Below are positions 51,341 through 64,000 of a stretch of 64,000 nucleotides of DNA, piece after piece. Source of the stretch: Octopus bimaculoides. Taxonomy: Eukaryota. The stretch is taken from the NCBI RefSeq assembly GCF_001194135.2, contig NC_068985.1, positions 118,261,515-118,325,514 on the forward strand, in the 5' to 3' direction. The position numbers and the translations under genes were made by a program. The notes beneath the pieces are model-generated. The model ran no database searches. It had not been told where the DNA came from and worked only from the letters and a program-made list of their open reading frames with translations. The first letter of the stretch is position 1. Each line of letters opens with the position of its first letter.

Positions 51341-52730
51341 CTGAAGCAAGGGAAATACAAATATCAAAATACAGCATAAGTATAAGGGGCATTCATAGTT
51401 AGTATTATTAGGTTGATGTTCAAAGAAAGAATAAAAGTATAATGTTTCAAACAGTTCTTTGTTGGATAGTAGAGGAAAGTCCAGGAGAGACTGGGAAGGG
51501 ACTAAAGGAGATAAAAAGGAAAGCTTAGATAGAATACATGTGGATTAGATTCACATGTTCAGCCTTACATATGTACATATGCACTACCCAAAGTGTCACT
51601 GCATGGCACTGTAGGCAGGTGTCTTCTACTGTAGCTTTGAGTTGGTCTGACCAATGTCTTGCATAGAGCTGGTAGATGAAAACTATGGAAGCTTGTTATA
51701 TGCGTGTGTACATTTGAGAATGTTTACATTCCATGTCCCTGCATGAAAGCATCGAGCTAAAAACAATGACACTTGACATTCCCTGTCAACAAATCATTTT
51801 TAGCTCTGAATTTCCAAAAACAAGTGGAATAAAAGTCCCTTTCTTGAAAAACATGTGACGGCTAGTAGTTGGGGTGATTTAGCTCATGATCATAAGGCTG
51901 TGGGTTGAAATCTTGGATCAAGCAGCACATTGTGTTCTTGTGCAAGGTTCTTCATTTCACATTGCTCCAGTCAGTCTACTTAGCTGTAAATGATTACCAG
52001 CTGAGTGGTGGTATAGCTCCCTTTCCTTCGAGCTACTGCATCACAGAGGTAACGCTAGGTTCAAAGGATAGGAGTAGTTGAGAGGGTGTTTGTCTGCTCA
52101 CAACTACATAGGTACTCTAACACAATTAGTAAACTGTACATTTTACAAAGCTGTTCTCATTCACAGGTGACAGTTGATTATTTTACTCAGGAAACAGATA
52201 AAGGTAAGCCACAAAGAATGAGTTTGGTTATAAAACAGTGCCTGTATATGTAGTTAGCCAACCTATATTAGCATGAAAAATGGATGTAAACTGAATGAAT
52301 ACACTCTCTCTCTCTCTTTCACTCACACACACACACACACACACACAACTGTGGGTGAGATGAACATTCTTATTTCATAATGGCTGCAGGCATTGTATGG
52401 TTAAGAAGTTTGCTTTGCAACAAAATGACTTCAAGTTCAGTCCCACAGTATGGCATCTTGGACAAGTTCTATCATATCTACAGATTGACTTGTACTTTGT
52501 GAGTGGCATGGGAACACTCGATAACTGTGGCAACCAATCTTGTGTGTATGTATAAATACACACATACACACACATATCCAACTTAATATGAATATTTTGT
52601 TAGAACACTGAATACTGTGGTATTTAACTTGAGAGACTCTCAAGATAATTACTACAGTATTTCACATTCTAACAAAACATCCATGTTATGCTGGATATAA
52701 AAATTTCCTTATATATATATATATATATAC

Positions 52731-53163
52731 TGACCGAGAGCTTTGGAAATGTGCTGTGTGTGAGAAGACCCGGCAAGCCAAGTGAGATCGTTGCCAGTGC
52801 CCCTGGACTGGCTCTTGTGCGGGTGGCACATAAGATGTACCATCTTGAGCGTGACCGTTGCCAGTACCGCCTGACTGGCCTTTGTAGGGTTTTCGAGCGA
52901 GATCGTTGCCAGTGCCCCTGGACTGGCTCTTGTGTGGGTGGCACATAAAAGACACCATTTCGAACGTGGCCGTTTTCGTGCGGGTGACACGTAAAAGCAC
53001 CCACTACACTCTCGGAGTGGTTGGTGTTAGGAAGGGCATCCAGCTGTAGAAACACTGCCAAATCAGATTGGAGCCTGGTGTTGCCATCCGGTTTCACCAG
53101 TCCTCAGTCAAATCGTCCAACCCATGCCAGTATGAAAAGCGGACGTTAAACGATGATGATGAT
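52731..53163 (+). mobile_element. Young (GAT)n-tailed SINE with internal minisatellite-like subrepeats
   Basis: Repeated gagatcgttgccagtgcccctggactggctcttgtg.gggtggcacataa units; ends ggacgttaaacgatgatgatgat; CpG-rich. Confidence 0.85.
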
Positions 53164-53199
53164 ACATAAATATTACATAAAGGGGATTAGCGGGATCTA

Positions 53200-54050
53200 G
53201 ACAACTACCACAGGATGTACAGAAGAGGAAAGCAAATTGAACATCTAGGAATTTTGATTATTGGTAGAGTACAAGACAAAACAAATGAAGGAATAAAGTT
53301 ATTGGTATCACATTAACCAGTTATTGTTTCAATAACAGTTGGAGTAAAAAGTCATTCATCATGCTGGAATAAATATAAACAATAATTGTGTGGGTCCATG
53401 AAACCCAACCCAACCTGACATTTCATGAAGGCCTTTAAACAATATGTTTGCACATGAATAGGTATGGCTACAAATACTATCAAAAGGAGGGACTTCTGTA
53501 GTTATAAAGTAACCATATTAACTGAAAGACATAGAATAAAGGGTTGAACAGACAGAAAGGCATATATGTTTCTAGATAAGACTGTGATGCCAAGCTCAAT
53601 AGGTTAGGCAAGATAAAAGATGGATAATTTAGTAGGTTGTCTGAGCAAGGAAGAGTGTATTCCATTTTGGGTCAATAAATACAATGATATTCACAGGTCT
53701 TTATTAGGGGGAGTAACATCTAAGAAACAAGAATAAACGAGAGAAACAAATGCAAGAAGAGGGTTGTGAAGAATAGAAAGAAGACGATCATTGTCCAAAT
53801 GTTATAGTAAAATAAAATAATGGAATTATCACAACATACTGATTCAGCAAAAAGTTTTATAAGAGGGTTAAATATTGAAATGGGAAACATTGGTAGATTA
53901 ATATTCCTAGAAGTTGTTAATACCTTTATAAAGGATAAAAGGGATGTGGAACTGTATGTGTGGAGAGATCAGAGTATAATAATAGTAATAGTGAGAACTG
54001 GAATGCAGTTGCTAGAAATGTTCTATTTTATAATTTCCTGTGATACACGA
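53200..54050 (-). mobile_element. Highly degraded Penelope-like RT relic
   Basis: The minus strand gives frameshifted remnants resembling the D..SLYT and G.AMG..MGPNY.L motifs (atggacccacacaattattgttta). Confidence 0.35.
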
Positions 54051-56060
54051 GTTAGCTAATGGAAGTTTCAAAAAAAAAATTTTTTAATGTGTGTATGTGT
54101 ATGTAGAAGCAAGAAACTGAAAAGCTAGTGACTAGATGCAGTTGGATCGATGACTGGCTCATTATTAACAATATGTGACTAACAGCAATATTGTTCATAA
54201 ATTGTATTTATTAAACAAACTTATTTGTTATAATAGAAAAAAAAAAATAATAATAATTCAGAGAATTCTTTGTTTGTGTACAGTTAGATCAGATGATTTG
54301 AGGCTGGGAATCTTATATATTTCCAATTACTCCATTGTGAACTAATTCATTCTGTTATCAGTTGAACAAGTTATGTGCCTACTCTAATGATCTAGCACAA
54401 TAACTGAAGCTAGGATTGAACCCAAGTTCAAGTGATCAGTAATTTAGTACCTCAGTCTTACAGTGGTCTAAATTTGCAGGCTGCAATAGTATGTTAAAAC
54501 AACCTGTGTATACCAGTGTGTGTATGTCTAATGTAATATTTAGTGTTATCAATTAGTATAGATTATAATCATTTACTGATTGTGGAGCTCTGTACTAGAA
54601 ATAGAGGTGAGATTGTCATACAAGTTTCATCTAAAAGCTTATTCAACCAGTGTATTTATGCGCGCGCACACATACGGAGTTGTTCTAGTACTCTCATCTG
54701 AAATTGAGTACCAGTGAATCTTGCAGTGGGCTGGCATCCTGTTCAGAAGGAAGAAATGATCTTGTACTCCAGGCCAAAATGTCTTGAAAACCGAGATAAG
54801 CGCAGCCGCATTATCCTATAGGCTTCGGGGAGATAACTCTGTATTGTTTCGATTTTAGTTATCAAACATGACTTGCTACGGTTTCCAATATTGGTGAAAG
54901 GTTTTGAGGGAGAAAAGCAACATTAAGTCGTGTGTCGATATCTCATGTTCAACTTTGATATTTTCTTTTACAAGCAATAACATTTTTATAACTCTGTATG
55001 ATTTTGTTGATTTTTCTTTTCATTTATTAAACAAACTTATGTTTATGGGTTTTTTATAGTTATTCCAGTTTTTGTTCTTTTTTTTTGTCTTGTTTTATTT
55101 GTTCTTCATTGTTTTAGTTTACAGGCAAGGGTGTATGGTTAGGAAATTCACTTCATATGGCCCCGTTGTGTATCATCTTTGGCAAGAGTTTTCTACTCTG
55201 GCATTAGACTATTTAATGCATTGTGAGCAAAACTGGCACATGGAGATTGTGTAGCTTATTTTGTGAGTGTGTGTGTTTGTGCTTGTATAGGTATGTCTCT
55301 GTGTTTGCCTCAATACTGGCACTACTTGAAAAAAAAAAGTGCTCTATGATTGTCCTGTAATTTAATGCTATATATAGAGATTACTAACATAAGTGCCTGA
55401 CTTAAAAATAAGTAGGGCCTCCATCAGTAAAGATTGATCATACAACTGCACATGAATGCATAGGCCTGGGTGAAATGTTTTCAGGAAGACTGGCTTCTCA
55501 TCATCATGATACCAATGCTTTTCAAAGAAAAGAAGGTCCTTTAACTTGAGCTGAAAAAGTTTGGCACCAGTGTTGTCATAGCTACAAGTAGCCTAAATTG
55601 ATACTACAAGGCTTAACCCTCTGACAATTCAGTCAATCCACTATCCTGGACTGATACTTTGTCTCTGAAAGGATCAAAGGCAAAGTTGACCTTGGCAGTA
55701 TTTGAACTCAGAGTGCAGGGTGTGACATTCTGCCAAACCCTCAAGTGAATCTTTTAATTTGCTTTTTTAAGAATGAGCACTGGTGCCAATATAACTGAGA
55801 GGGTATATAAAACCCTTCAAGGTCGTACCCTAGCATGGCTGTAGTCCAATAGCAGTGTTATTGGTTGTAGGTTCCCAATGGATTGGTGAATGGTCCACTG
55901 CATTTTTAATGGTTAAAATGTCAAGAGACTCTGTACTCCTGAAGCAAAACAAATATCATTGGGTTTTTAGTTTAAAAGTACTGGTTTATTGGATTTATCT
56001 TTACACCTTTGTTTGCATTTTTACATCTTTCATGAATATACATTAGCAAAGCACATGTGT

Positions 56061-56096
<36 letters not shown>

Positions 56097-56344
56097 TGTC
56101 ATCATGGTCTTTCTCAGATCTGAGAAATGTCCTGCTTACTTCATTTGTTTTTGTTTCATTTTCTCTATATGGGCTCCTGTGTAACAATGGTGACCCAGTT
56201 TTGAGATACAAGGACTTTTTCAGTGTAAATTAATGGTGCATAAAGTAATCTACTATTCTATAACTGAGGTATTTTTTCAACACTTGATGAACAACAAACT
56301 GTTACAAAATTCAGTGGTAACTCCTGTCCAACTTGAAAAATATA

Positions 56345-56520
56345 CATCATCATCATTTAGCATCTACTTTCCATGCTGCCATGGGTTCGATGGTTTGACT
56401 GGAACTAGCAAGCTGGAGAGCTATACCAGGTTCCAGTCTGATTTAGCATGGTTTCTACAGCTGGATGCCCTTCTTAATGCCAACCATTTCAAGAGCATAG
56501 TGGGTACCTTTTACATGTTA
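56345..56520 (-). mobile_element. (GAT)n-tailed SINE, antisense
   Basis: catcatcatcatttagcatctactttccatgctgccatgggttcg...ctacagctggatgcccttcttaatgccaacca. Confidence 0.75.
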
Positions 56521-57754
56521 TCAACACCAGCCACAACTTTGATTTCACTTGGCTTGACGAGTCCTCTCAAACACAGCAAATCACCAAAGGTCTTGATCAC
56601 TTGTCATCACCTCCATGAAACCCAACATTCAAAGATCACGCTTTACCACCTCACCTCATGTCTTCTTGGGTCTATCTCTTTCACAGGTTCCCTCCACAGA
56701 TACTGGCACTTTATGCAGCTGTCCTCGTTCATATGTAGAATAAATAAATAGAAAAATAGTCACACATGTATAGACTGAAGTACTTTAAGACACCATGAAC
56801 AAACATGATAAGTTTCTTAATATTTTCTGCAGTTTCTCTCTACCAAATTCCACACTTGACTGAGATATTACATAGTGAGATCAAATCTAGAACTGTGTAG
56901 TTGCAAAATACAAGCATACACCCATTTTGTTTTCATTTTATTACTATAGTATGTCTTTAAAGTGTACCAGAAGAGGTGGAGTACCTGGCAGGGTACCTCA
57001 CAACCAGCTGAGAGGTTTTTACTAGGACATTAAACTATAAAATGGTTCCTTCTAACCTTATATGCTACAGCATTATTACAACAAAAAAATCAAAAATAAA
57101 GCTTTTTTTTTTTTGTTTTAAGAAATTCACTTTGTACTTATGTGGTTTTGAGTTAAATCTTTACTGCACAGTACTTTTTTAAGTGCCTTCTACCATAACC
57201 GTGGATCAACCAAAATCTTGTGACTGAAATTTAGTAAATAGAAACTTGTGTAGAAGTCTGTTGGAAGGACCTTTCATTTTCTTTAGTGGTAGATTTAAAC
57301 TGTTGCATCATTTAATATCACCACTTGGTTCTTGAGTGCCTTTAGTAGAGTCCTCTTAGTTCAGGACTGAGGATAACTTCTTCCCTTCAATCTGAGACCC
57401 ATCATTCCTCTAATACATCATTAAAAATATTAAAAGTAAAAAAAATGTGGTGTTTTGTTAGCTTGAGTATAGCTTCGTAAAATATGAACTTAGCTGTGGT
57501 TACACTCCATGCAGATGAAAACCTCACACCCAGTGAATTGATATATAACACTGTAAATTTTAAAGAGTGCTGCAACTGGTCTTGGAAATAGGGGTTTTGC
57601 CTGTCAGCTAGGGGATTATTAACTCACATCTTGTCACCATCATCACATTCTGTCTCTGTTAAAGAGACTTAGCCTTTTAGTGAATAAAATTGTGCATTAT
57701 ACAAGGAAGATAGACTGAAAGAGGTGGGGTTTGTTCTCAGTAACTGGAGACCTC

Positions 57755-58131
57755 TGTAGTAACGCCTTGTCTCATGTGCATGCGTAGTTCGACTCTCTCA
57801 ACGTTTTCCCGCATTTATCTTTCTCTTGTGTCGACAACTTCGTGGGCGAAGGACGTGTTTTGTATCGCTCTCTTCGAGACCGAACTAACTCGTGTGACGG
57901 GATCAGCGGACAAGTGATGGAACGACCAACAGCCGAATAACCAATGCTGTATGAATATACCGACAAGAACTGCCGAATAACCATGCTGTATGAATATACT
58001 ACAAGAATAAATATTGTTATGTTTCTGGTTTAGAGACTGCGTTATCCGTTCTTCATTTTTCATTCTTAAAGTTTGATGTGAGGAATTAGGTATTTAACCT
58101 AAAGGTTAAATAATGAACGATATTTCTTACA
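57755..58131 (+). mobile_element. Solo LTR (377 bp) of an LTR retrotransposon, probably Ty3/Gypsy
   Basis: TGTA...TACA termini, 4-bp TSD CCTC (57751-57754, 58132-58135), AATAAA at 58006-58011, internal about 39-bp tandem duplication, CpG-rich relative to flanks. Confidence 0.85.
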
Positions 58132-58637
58132 CCTCCATTGATTGAATTTGACCATGTACCTGTATACATAGGCCTGGGCAAGGTTTTAAGTGGAAAACTA
58201 CCACTTGCTTATTCATGCAAGTCTCCACATCACTGATGCTCAAAGAAAAGTTTACCATTTTAGGATTGATACAGCTTGGCACTAACGTTATAACTGTCAA
58301 AACACAAAGTACTGGAGAAAATACAAGTCATCACATGTGATGTTGTCATATCAGTTCATCAACCTGATCAAAACTTGATTGGAGGAAAAGCAAAATTGAC
58401 CTCAGCATGTTTGAAGTTATTTATAACACAGAGTGTCAGAAGAAATACTGCCAGGCACTCTATCAAGTGTTTTGGTAATTCTTCCAATTCATTAACTTCG
58501 TTCTCATTATAAACATGAATAAAATATAAGTGCATTTTGGCTGTTTCTTTGTTTGATGTTGCCATTCCTCCCACCACATACACACCACCACCAAGGAGAA
58601 GCTATCAAGAAGATATATAAATTCACTAGACAAATAA

Positions 58638-58878
58638 CATCATCATCATCATCATCGTTTAACGTCCGCCTTCCATGCTAGCATGGGTTGGACGATTTGA
58701 CTGAGGACTGGTGAAACCGGATGGCAACACCAGGCTCCAATCTAATTTGGCAGAGATTCTACAGCTGGATGCCCTTCCTAACGCCAACCACTCAGAGAGT
58801 GTAGTGGGTGCTTTTACGTGTCACCCGCACGAAAACAGCCACGCTCGAAATGGTGTCTTTTATGTGCCACCCACACAA
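58638..58878 (-). mobile_element. Young (GAT)n-tailed SINE, antisense, 5'-truncated
   Basis: Near-identical reverse complement of about 52930-53163. Confidence 0.85.
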
Positions 58879-60489
58879 TTTCAAATTTTAGCACAAGGCC
58901 AGCAATTTCGAGGGAAAGGGTGAAATAAATTACATTGACCCTAGTGCTCAACTGGTACTTATTTTATTGACTCTAAAAGGATGAGAGGCAAAGTCAACCT
59001 TGGTGGAATTGAACTTAGATTGTAAAGAGAAACAAATGCCACTAACAATCCTTGCAGCTCGCTGTCTTCACACGAAACAAATAATTGCAACTAGACTTAG
59101 ACATTGCATTTTGTTATAGTGCACATAGATAATGATGATGTCAAATATAATTAAAACAAAACGGACCTGCCCACAACTTTGATTTTTAAAAATGTTGAAC
59201 TACAAATCTGTTTGGAGAAAAAAAGAAAACAAAGCATCATGAAAATGTTGTGAATTTATCTGCTTGGTTGTACAGAATTAGACATAGTTCTGTGATGCAA
59301 TGTGTATGTATATAGTTGACTTGTCTTTCCTTAATTTAATATGCTTAGTCCAAATCCTGAAGTTTAATCAATAAGCCAGCAAAAGATTTCTATGGGGTTG
59401 TTCAATCTACTAGAAATAACAACCAAATTTTGAAAAAACTTTTGAGATGGTTACAACTGGAATACCTTTGATCATAGATTTGTTCATTCAGGGCTGATCT
59501 GGAGGCTAAGCAACTGCAATACTGCTAATTAGGGAGATACTGCAATGATGGCTAAAATATTATCAAGATTTATTTCCTATCTTTCTGGATACTACAATAG
59601 TGAACAAAACAAGTTCTATTTTATTAATTAACTCGATATTGTTGTGATTGATAAAATAGTGGGCAGTTCTATCATTACTGTTGTTACTTCCAACATACTT
59701 TCAAGTATTGTGCACATGTAACCCACTAGTTAAGATAACACAGTAAAAATCTGAACAAGTATGATGACAGGTCACTTTAACCTAGTATTTCTCAAATGGT
59801 GTACTATGGGGCAAGGAGAGTTGTAGGTTTCAAAAAATATAATTTAAGTCTTTAGTAAATCCATATTAATGCTTGAGCATCTTAAAAACTGTGGTATGCA
59901 ATAGCTTCCAATATTTTTATCAAGGTATGCAATAGGTTCCAATATTTTTATCTAAATTTTCGACTTTAAAACATTTTTTAAAAAACTTTCTATGTGAAGT
60001 TCATCAGTAATTGTTTTTATTTGATCTCAACAGTACCATGAAGTAAAAAAACCCTGAAATTTACTAATTAAATTTTTTCAGGACAAGTATATCTATATCA
60101 CAAGCTCTTGATTTAAGCATTTATACTTTTTAAACAAGGTTTCATACAGAAAATGATACTGTTTTGACCCCCCCCCCAAAAAAAATACAATGTCATCAGG
60201 ATTAATTACACATTGAAATTACACTACCTTGTATGCAGATTACTACTGTGTGTATGTAAACATACTGAGTCTCTTGTTATGAAGATTGTTTTGGTTTTAT
60301 AACCAAGTTAATGAGAGAAAATAATTAAGAACTGGATTTTGAGTCGCATTAAATTCTTTAGATATCTTAGAGTCTCTTTAGATTATCTTCAGATTTAACT
60401 TGTTCTCTTCTCTCTTTAATGCCCAACTAACTATTAATGATAATGATAATGAACTTATTGTATACAGTGCTCAGGTGCACTACAGCTCA

Positions 60490-60960
60490 TTAAAAAATGT
60501 AACCAAAACTGCAAGAACAATACATAGAATATGGACAGGAAGTGAACAGCGCAGAAGTCCTTAAAAAAAAAAGAAAGAAGTAATGGGGTGGGGGACATCA
60601 GGTGTGCTGCTGGCAAATTTCAAGAAGCATGGAAGTTTTGAAGGATGTAGTGTCTTGATAACTAACAACTGATGGAGGTAATTTATTCCATGTTTCAATA
60701 ATTCTGAGTGCTAAGAAATGTTTCCAAAAATCATGTGAGCTGTGTTGTTTTTTTGCTTTTGTAAGTATGTCCATGAGTGTTAAACATATGTAATTCAAAA
60801 ATATCCCAAGTTGGAAAGATGGTAGATAATCTTGTGGGCGTCTATCAAGTCAGTTGCCAAATGTTGGAGCTTTAATGTGTCCATGCCCAAGGAAGCAAGA
60901 CGTTCAACATGGCAGGTATTTGTCTGGTTGCATGTTTCTGAACAGTTTCCATGAGACTGA
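60490..60960 (-). mobile_element. CR1-type LINE 3' fragment
   Basis: Minus ORF ...FWKHFLALRIIETWNKLPPSVVSYQDTTSFK matches the CR1 RT-terminal R.HFFS.RV...WN.LP..VV......FK motif. Confidence 0.75.
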
Positions 60961-61586
60961 TATGCCGAGCAAGATAGGGGTTCCAGACTGGTGATGCAAA
61001 CTCTAATACTTCAATAATTACAAATATGGAGCTATACCCAAGATGCATTGTATGGCTGTATGGTTAAGATGTTTGATTTGTAACCACTTGGTTTCTGGTT
61101 TGATCCTACTGCATGGCATCTTTAGCAAGTGTCTTCTGCTACAGCCTTTGATCATTTCACCAGTGTCTTCCGAGAGAAATTTAGCAATATTTACTAAACA
61201 GAAGCATGTGTGTCGTATATAATGCAAATGGGGAGTTTCCATGTGTCATTGTATCAAATATTGTGCACCAGTGAAATTTATACATTTCCTTCTATAAACA
61301 AAATGTTCAGTTTGACATGGGAAAACCAGTGGAGTATAGCACTTTATTTGAAAACAAGTAGGTCAGGGAGGGTATTCAGCTGACTGATGTAGTTCTATCA
61401 CACCTATACCAGCCTGGAAAAAGTTGACTTAAAAAAGATGATGATATCTATACGTATGTAGAGTTTCACTGTGTAATTAAGGCTGTTGGGGGCTTCTTTG
61501 GCTGCTTCAGAGGACTGGTTTTGTTGTTAATTAATTCCACGAGATTTTCTGAAAACTTTCATTTCCAGGTTGCATGGTGATGGTAT

Positions 61587-61799
61587 TTATTAAAATGTAA
61601 ACAAGCCTCTGCTTGTGAAATGGTAGAAAGTTGATGACAGCTTGACAATTGTTTTTCCTGTATCAATATAGTGTGGAAAGTTACAAATGAATAGTCATAT
61701 CAATTATGAATGTAGTTACACTGTATTGATGTTGTAACAATTATTGTCAAGCTGTCACCAGCATTTCACCTAAGCATGAACTTGTTGACATTTTAATAA
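61587..61799. mobile_element. Hairpin-shaped MITE-like element
   Basis: ttattaaaatgt.aacaag and gacagcttgacaat / attgtcaagctgtc inverted repeats nested along the element. Confidence 0.65.
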
Positions 61800-62119
61800 T
61801 TTCCCACAATTATCACTCAATATATTGGGATGGAAAAGTAAGTTGATCATAGTTGAGTTGCTAACAATGAAACTGGTGGGTTCAATTCTTGTCTCAGGTT
61901 ATCAAAAAAGCTCTCATAAATCTAATTTTGTGAGATTAAATATATGGAGATGACTCCTTATAATTATATATTCTCAACTCATGTTCACACGATCAAAAAG
62001 AGAAAACTAAAATATTCTTAATTACAAAAAGATTCACAGAAACTGTAAATAGAATGTAAAGATGAAGGGGAAGAAAGGAAAAAAAAATCAAGAATTACAT
62101 AGATAAATACGATCAAGAA

Positions 62120-62410
62120 AAACTGGCACTTTGTCAGCTACAACGACAAGTATTCCAGTTACCCTGATCAACAGAACAGCATACTCGTGAAATTAATGTG
62201 CAAGTGGTTGAGCTCTCCATAGACAAACACATCCTTAAAAGGAAGATACAGCATGACACAGAATGTGACGAGGCTGGCCCATTGAAATACAGGTACTACT
62301 CATTTTTTTGCAAGCTGAAATAAAGGGTCTTGCTCAAGGACACAACATGCCACAAGGAATCAAATTCATGCCTTTACGATCTTGAGCCGGATAACCTAAC
62401 CACTAAGCCA
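62120..62410 (-). mobile_element. tRNA-derived SINE, antisense
   Basis: Ends ...cttgctcaaggacacaac...aacctaaccactaagcca (reverse head); homologous to the plus-strand fragment at about 23340-23520. Confidence 0.65.
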
Positions 62411-62819
62411 CAGGTTAAAATACAAAGATTATATGAGGAGAGCAGAAGAGAAGACTGACATGGTGATCCATGATATTGAGCCTGCGGAGAACAGGCAATT
62501 CAAGATGATCGGGGGTGGGGACTGGTACTCTAGTACAATGATATGCAATCTTTCATGGATGATATTCTTTTATTCGCTTCACATGGAAAACCTCATAGAC
62601 CACTAGCTATAAAATTACTTTTAATTGTATTATGTAACAACACAGTAGGCCATAAAACTTGCTGTGGACCATAAAAACTTTGATATGAACAGTTGGTGGT
62701 CCACCTGTTCTCTGTTGTGTTATCACTACTTCGTGAGTAATGAATCTAATGATGGCTCAAGGGAGGATACTCAAGAAATTTAATTCATTCTACTAAGGAA
62801 GACTGATTGAGTGTTTTAT

Positions 62820-63430
62820 ATTCTTTTCTACTCTCGGCACAAAGCCCGAAATTTTGGGGGAGGAGGCTAGTCGATTAGATCGACCCCAGTACGCAACTGG
62901 TACTTAATTTATCGATTTGGAAAAATGAAAGGTAAAGTCGACCTCGGCGGAATTTGAACTCAGAACGTAAAGACAGATTAAATACCTATTTCTTTACTGC
63001 CCACAAGGAGCTATATACAGAGGGGACAAACAAAGACAGACAAACGGATTAAGTCAATTATATCGACCCCAGTGCGTAACTGGTACTTATTTAATCGACC
63101 CCGAAAGGATGAAAGGCAAAGTCGACCTCGGCAGAATTTGAACTCAGAACGTAACGACAGACGACNNNNNNNNNNNNNNNNNNNNNNNNNNNNNNNNNNN
63201 NNNNNNNNNNNNNNNNNNNNNNNNNNNNNNNNNNNNNNNTACAGAGGGGACAAACAAAGACAGACAAACGGATTAAGTCAATTATATCGACCCCAGTGCG
63301 TAACTGGTACTTATTTAATCGACCCCGAAAGGATGAAAGGCAAAGTCGACCTCGGCAGAATTTGAACTCAGAACGTAACGACAGACGACATACCGCTAAG
63401 CATTTCGTCTGGTGTGCTAACGTTTCTACC
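62820..63430 (-). mobile_element. Cluster of young tRNA-derived SINE copies; 150-bp duplicate (63016-63165, 63240-63389) flanks a gap
   Basis: atcgaccccagt.cg.aactggtactta.tt.atcga....gaaa..atgaaagg.aaagtcgacctcggc.gaatttgaactc occurs three times. Confidence 0.8.
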
Positions 63431-63559
63431 AGTTCACCACCTTGATTCAGTGTTTTATACTGACAAACTGGTTATACTACCAGAACATTAATGAAAGATT
63501 CAAGTTATCCACTGGTCTTTGTACATTTTTTAAAACTGCTATCATTGTCCACAATAAAC

Positions 63560-64000
63560 TTAAACGAATCAGTTAAAGAATGCTTGCACTTTACAGATGA
63601 ATGCTTCAAACGTTTGGTGAAACATTCTGCATTCTACAGAAAAATGGAAAGTAAAATTCAGAAACAATTTCTATCTTTAAAAAAAGTGTGATGAATCTGT
63701 ATTTAAAATTTCCATCTGGTTTGAAACATCGGTTACCTCTTTTGGTACCTGATGCATGAGACATGAGATCGCTTCAGGTTCTATGATAAGCAAAAATCTT
63801 GTTTGAAAGTGTTCATATTGAATTAAGATATATAATCGATACTTTATTTTAAAATTAAAATATGTTCTTAACATCAATTTAAAATGAAACATGAAAATGT
63901 GCACTTGCGGACCCACAGCATGGTATTGGCAAGCGGGGGAGACATCATATGACATTTATCAACAATTTGAAGGGATTGGCTTCTGTCCACAAACTGAAGG
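63560..64000 (+). mobile_element. Degraded RTE-like LINE relic
   Basis: Remnants KWK...ESVF and DPQHGIGKRGRHHMTFINNL resemble the WKS...VESVLLYG and P.HGKR.RGRP..TFID.L motifs. Confidence 0.35.

Noticed and set aside
52790-52990. CRISPR-like repeat-spacer array
   Set aside because: The intervening sequences are related to each other, the tract is internal to a SINE, the DNA is eukaryotic and there are no cas genes.
54660-54960. CpG-containing segment as promoter or first exon of a neighbouring gene
   Set aside because: The first half resembles a SINE central domain, and no downstream exons or splice structure were found.
63016-63389. Real 150-bp tandem duplication
   Set aside because: The copies are identical and abut both sides of an N-gap, with the right contig starting exactly at the duplicate. 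This is typical of an unmerged contig overlap.
889-63955. Most six-frame ORFs ([25 protein letters not shown]-runs and short AT-rich ORFs)
   Set aside because: They are translations of microsatellites, SINEs, N-gaps or chance open frames. Only those overlapping NDST exons or transposon relics have recognisable motifs.

Overview
AT-rich, repeat-dense animal genomic DNA with five N-gaps. The SINE and microsatellite content suggests a coleoid cephalopod, probably Octopus (inference). One protein-coding gene is supported: a plus-strand, 5'-partial heparan sulfate N-deacetylase/N-sulfotransferase (NDST/sulfateless ortholog). I reconstructed it by hand from 10 GT-AG exons (6864-6979, 35019-35204, 37762-37890, 39068-39250, 41213-41309, 42887-43013, 44718-44895, 45562-45732, 48506-48615, 50092-50320). 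Phases are consistent and the 1526 nt give about 507 aa through the stop. The N-terminal exons lie left of the window. Almost all listed six-frame ORFs are spurious (microsatellites, SINEs, gaps) or transposon relics. Mobile DNA includes tRNA-derived and (GAT)n-tailed SINEs, TTAA piggyBac-type MITEs, a Merlin-like MITE, a DD37D maT transposase relic, Penelope, RTE, CR1 and CRE-like relics, and a young solo LTR. The most notable items are: a Penelope copy with an inverted pLTR, a tRNA-like Pol III head and a minimal hammerhead motif; a second, unrelated GC-rich tandem unit with two hammerhead-like cores; long intronic inverted repeats; and a Lys (AAG) at a normally invariant NDST Gly that double A-to-I editing would restore. 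There is no CRISPR array, rRNA or convincing functional tRNA. All family assignments come from motif recognition, not database searches.
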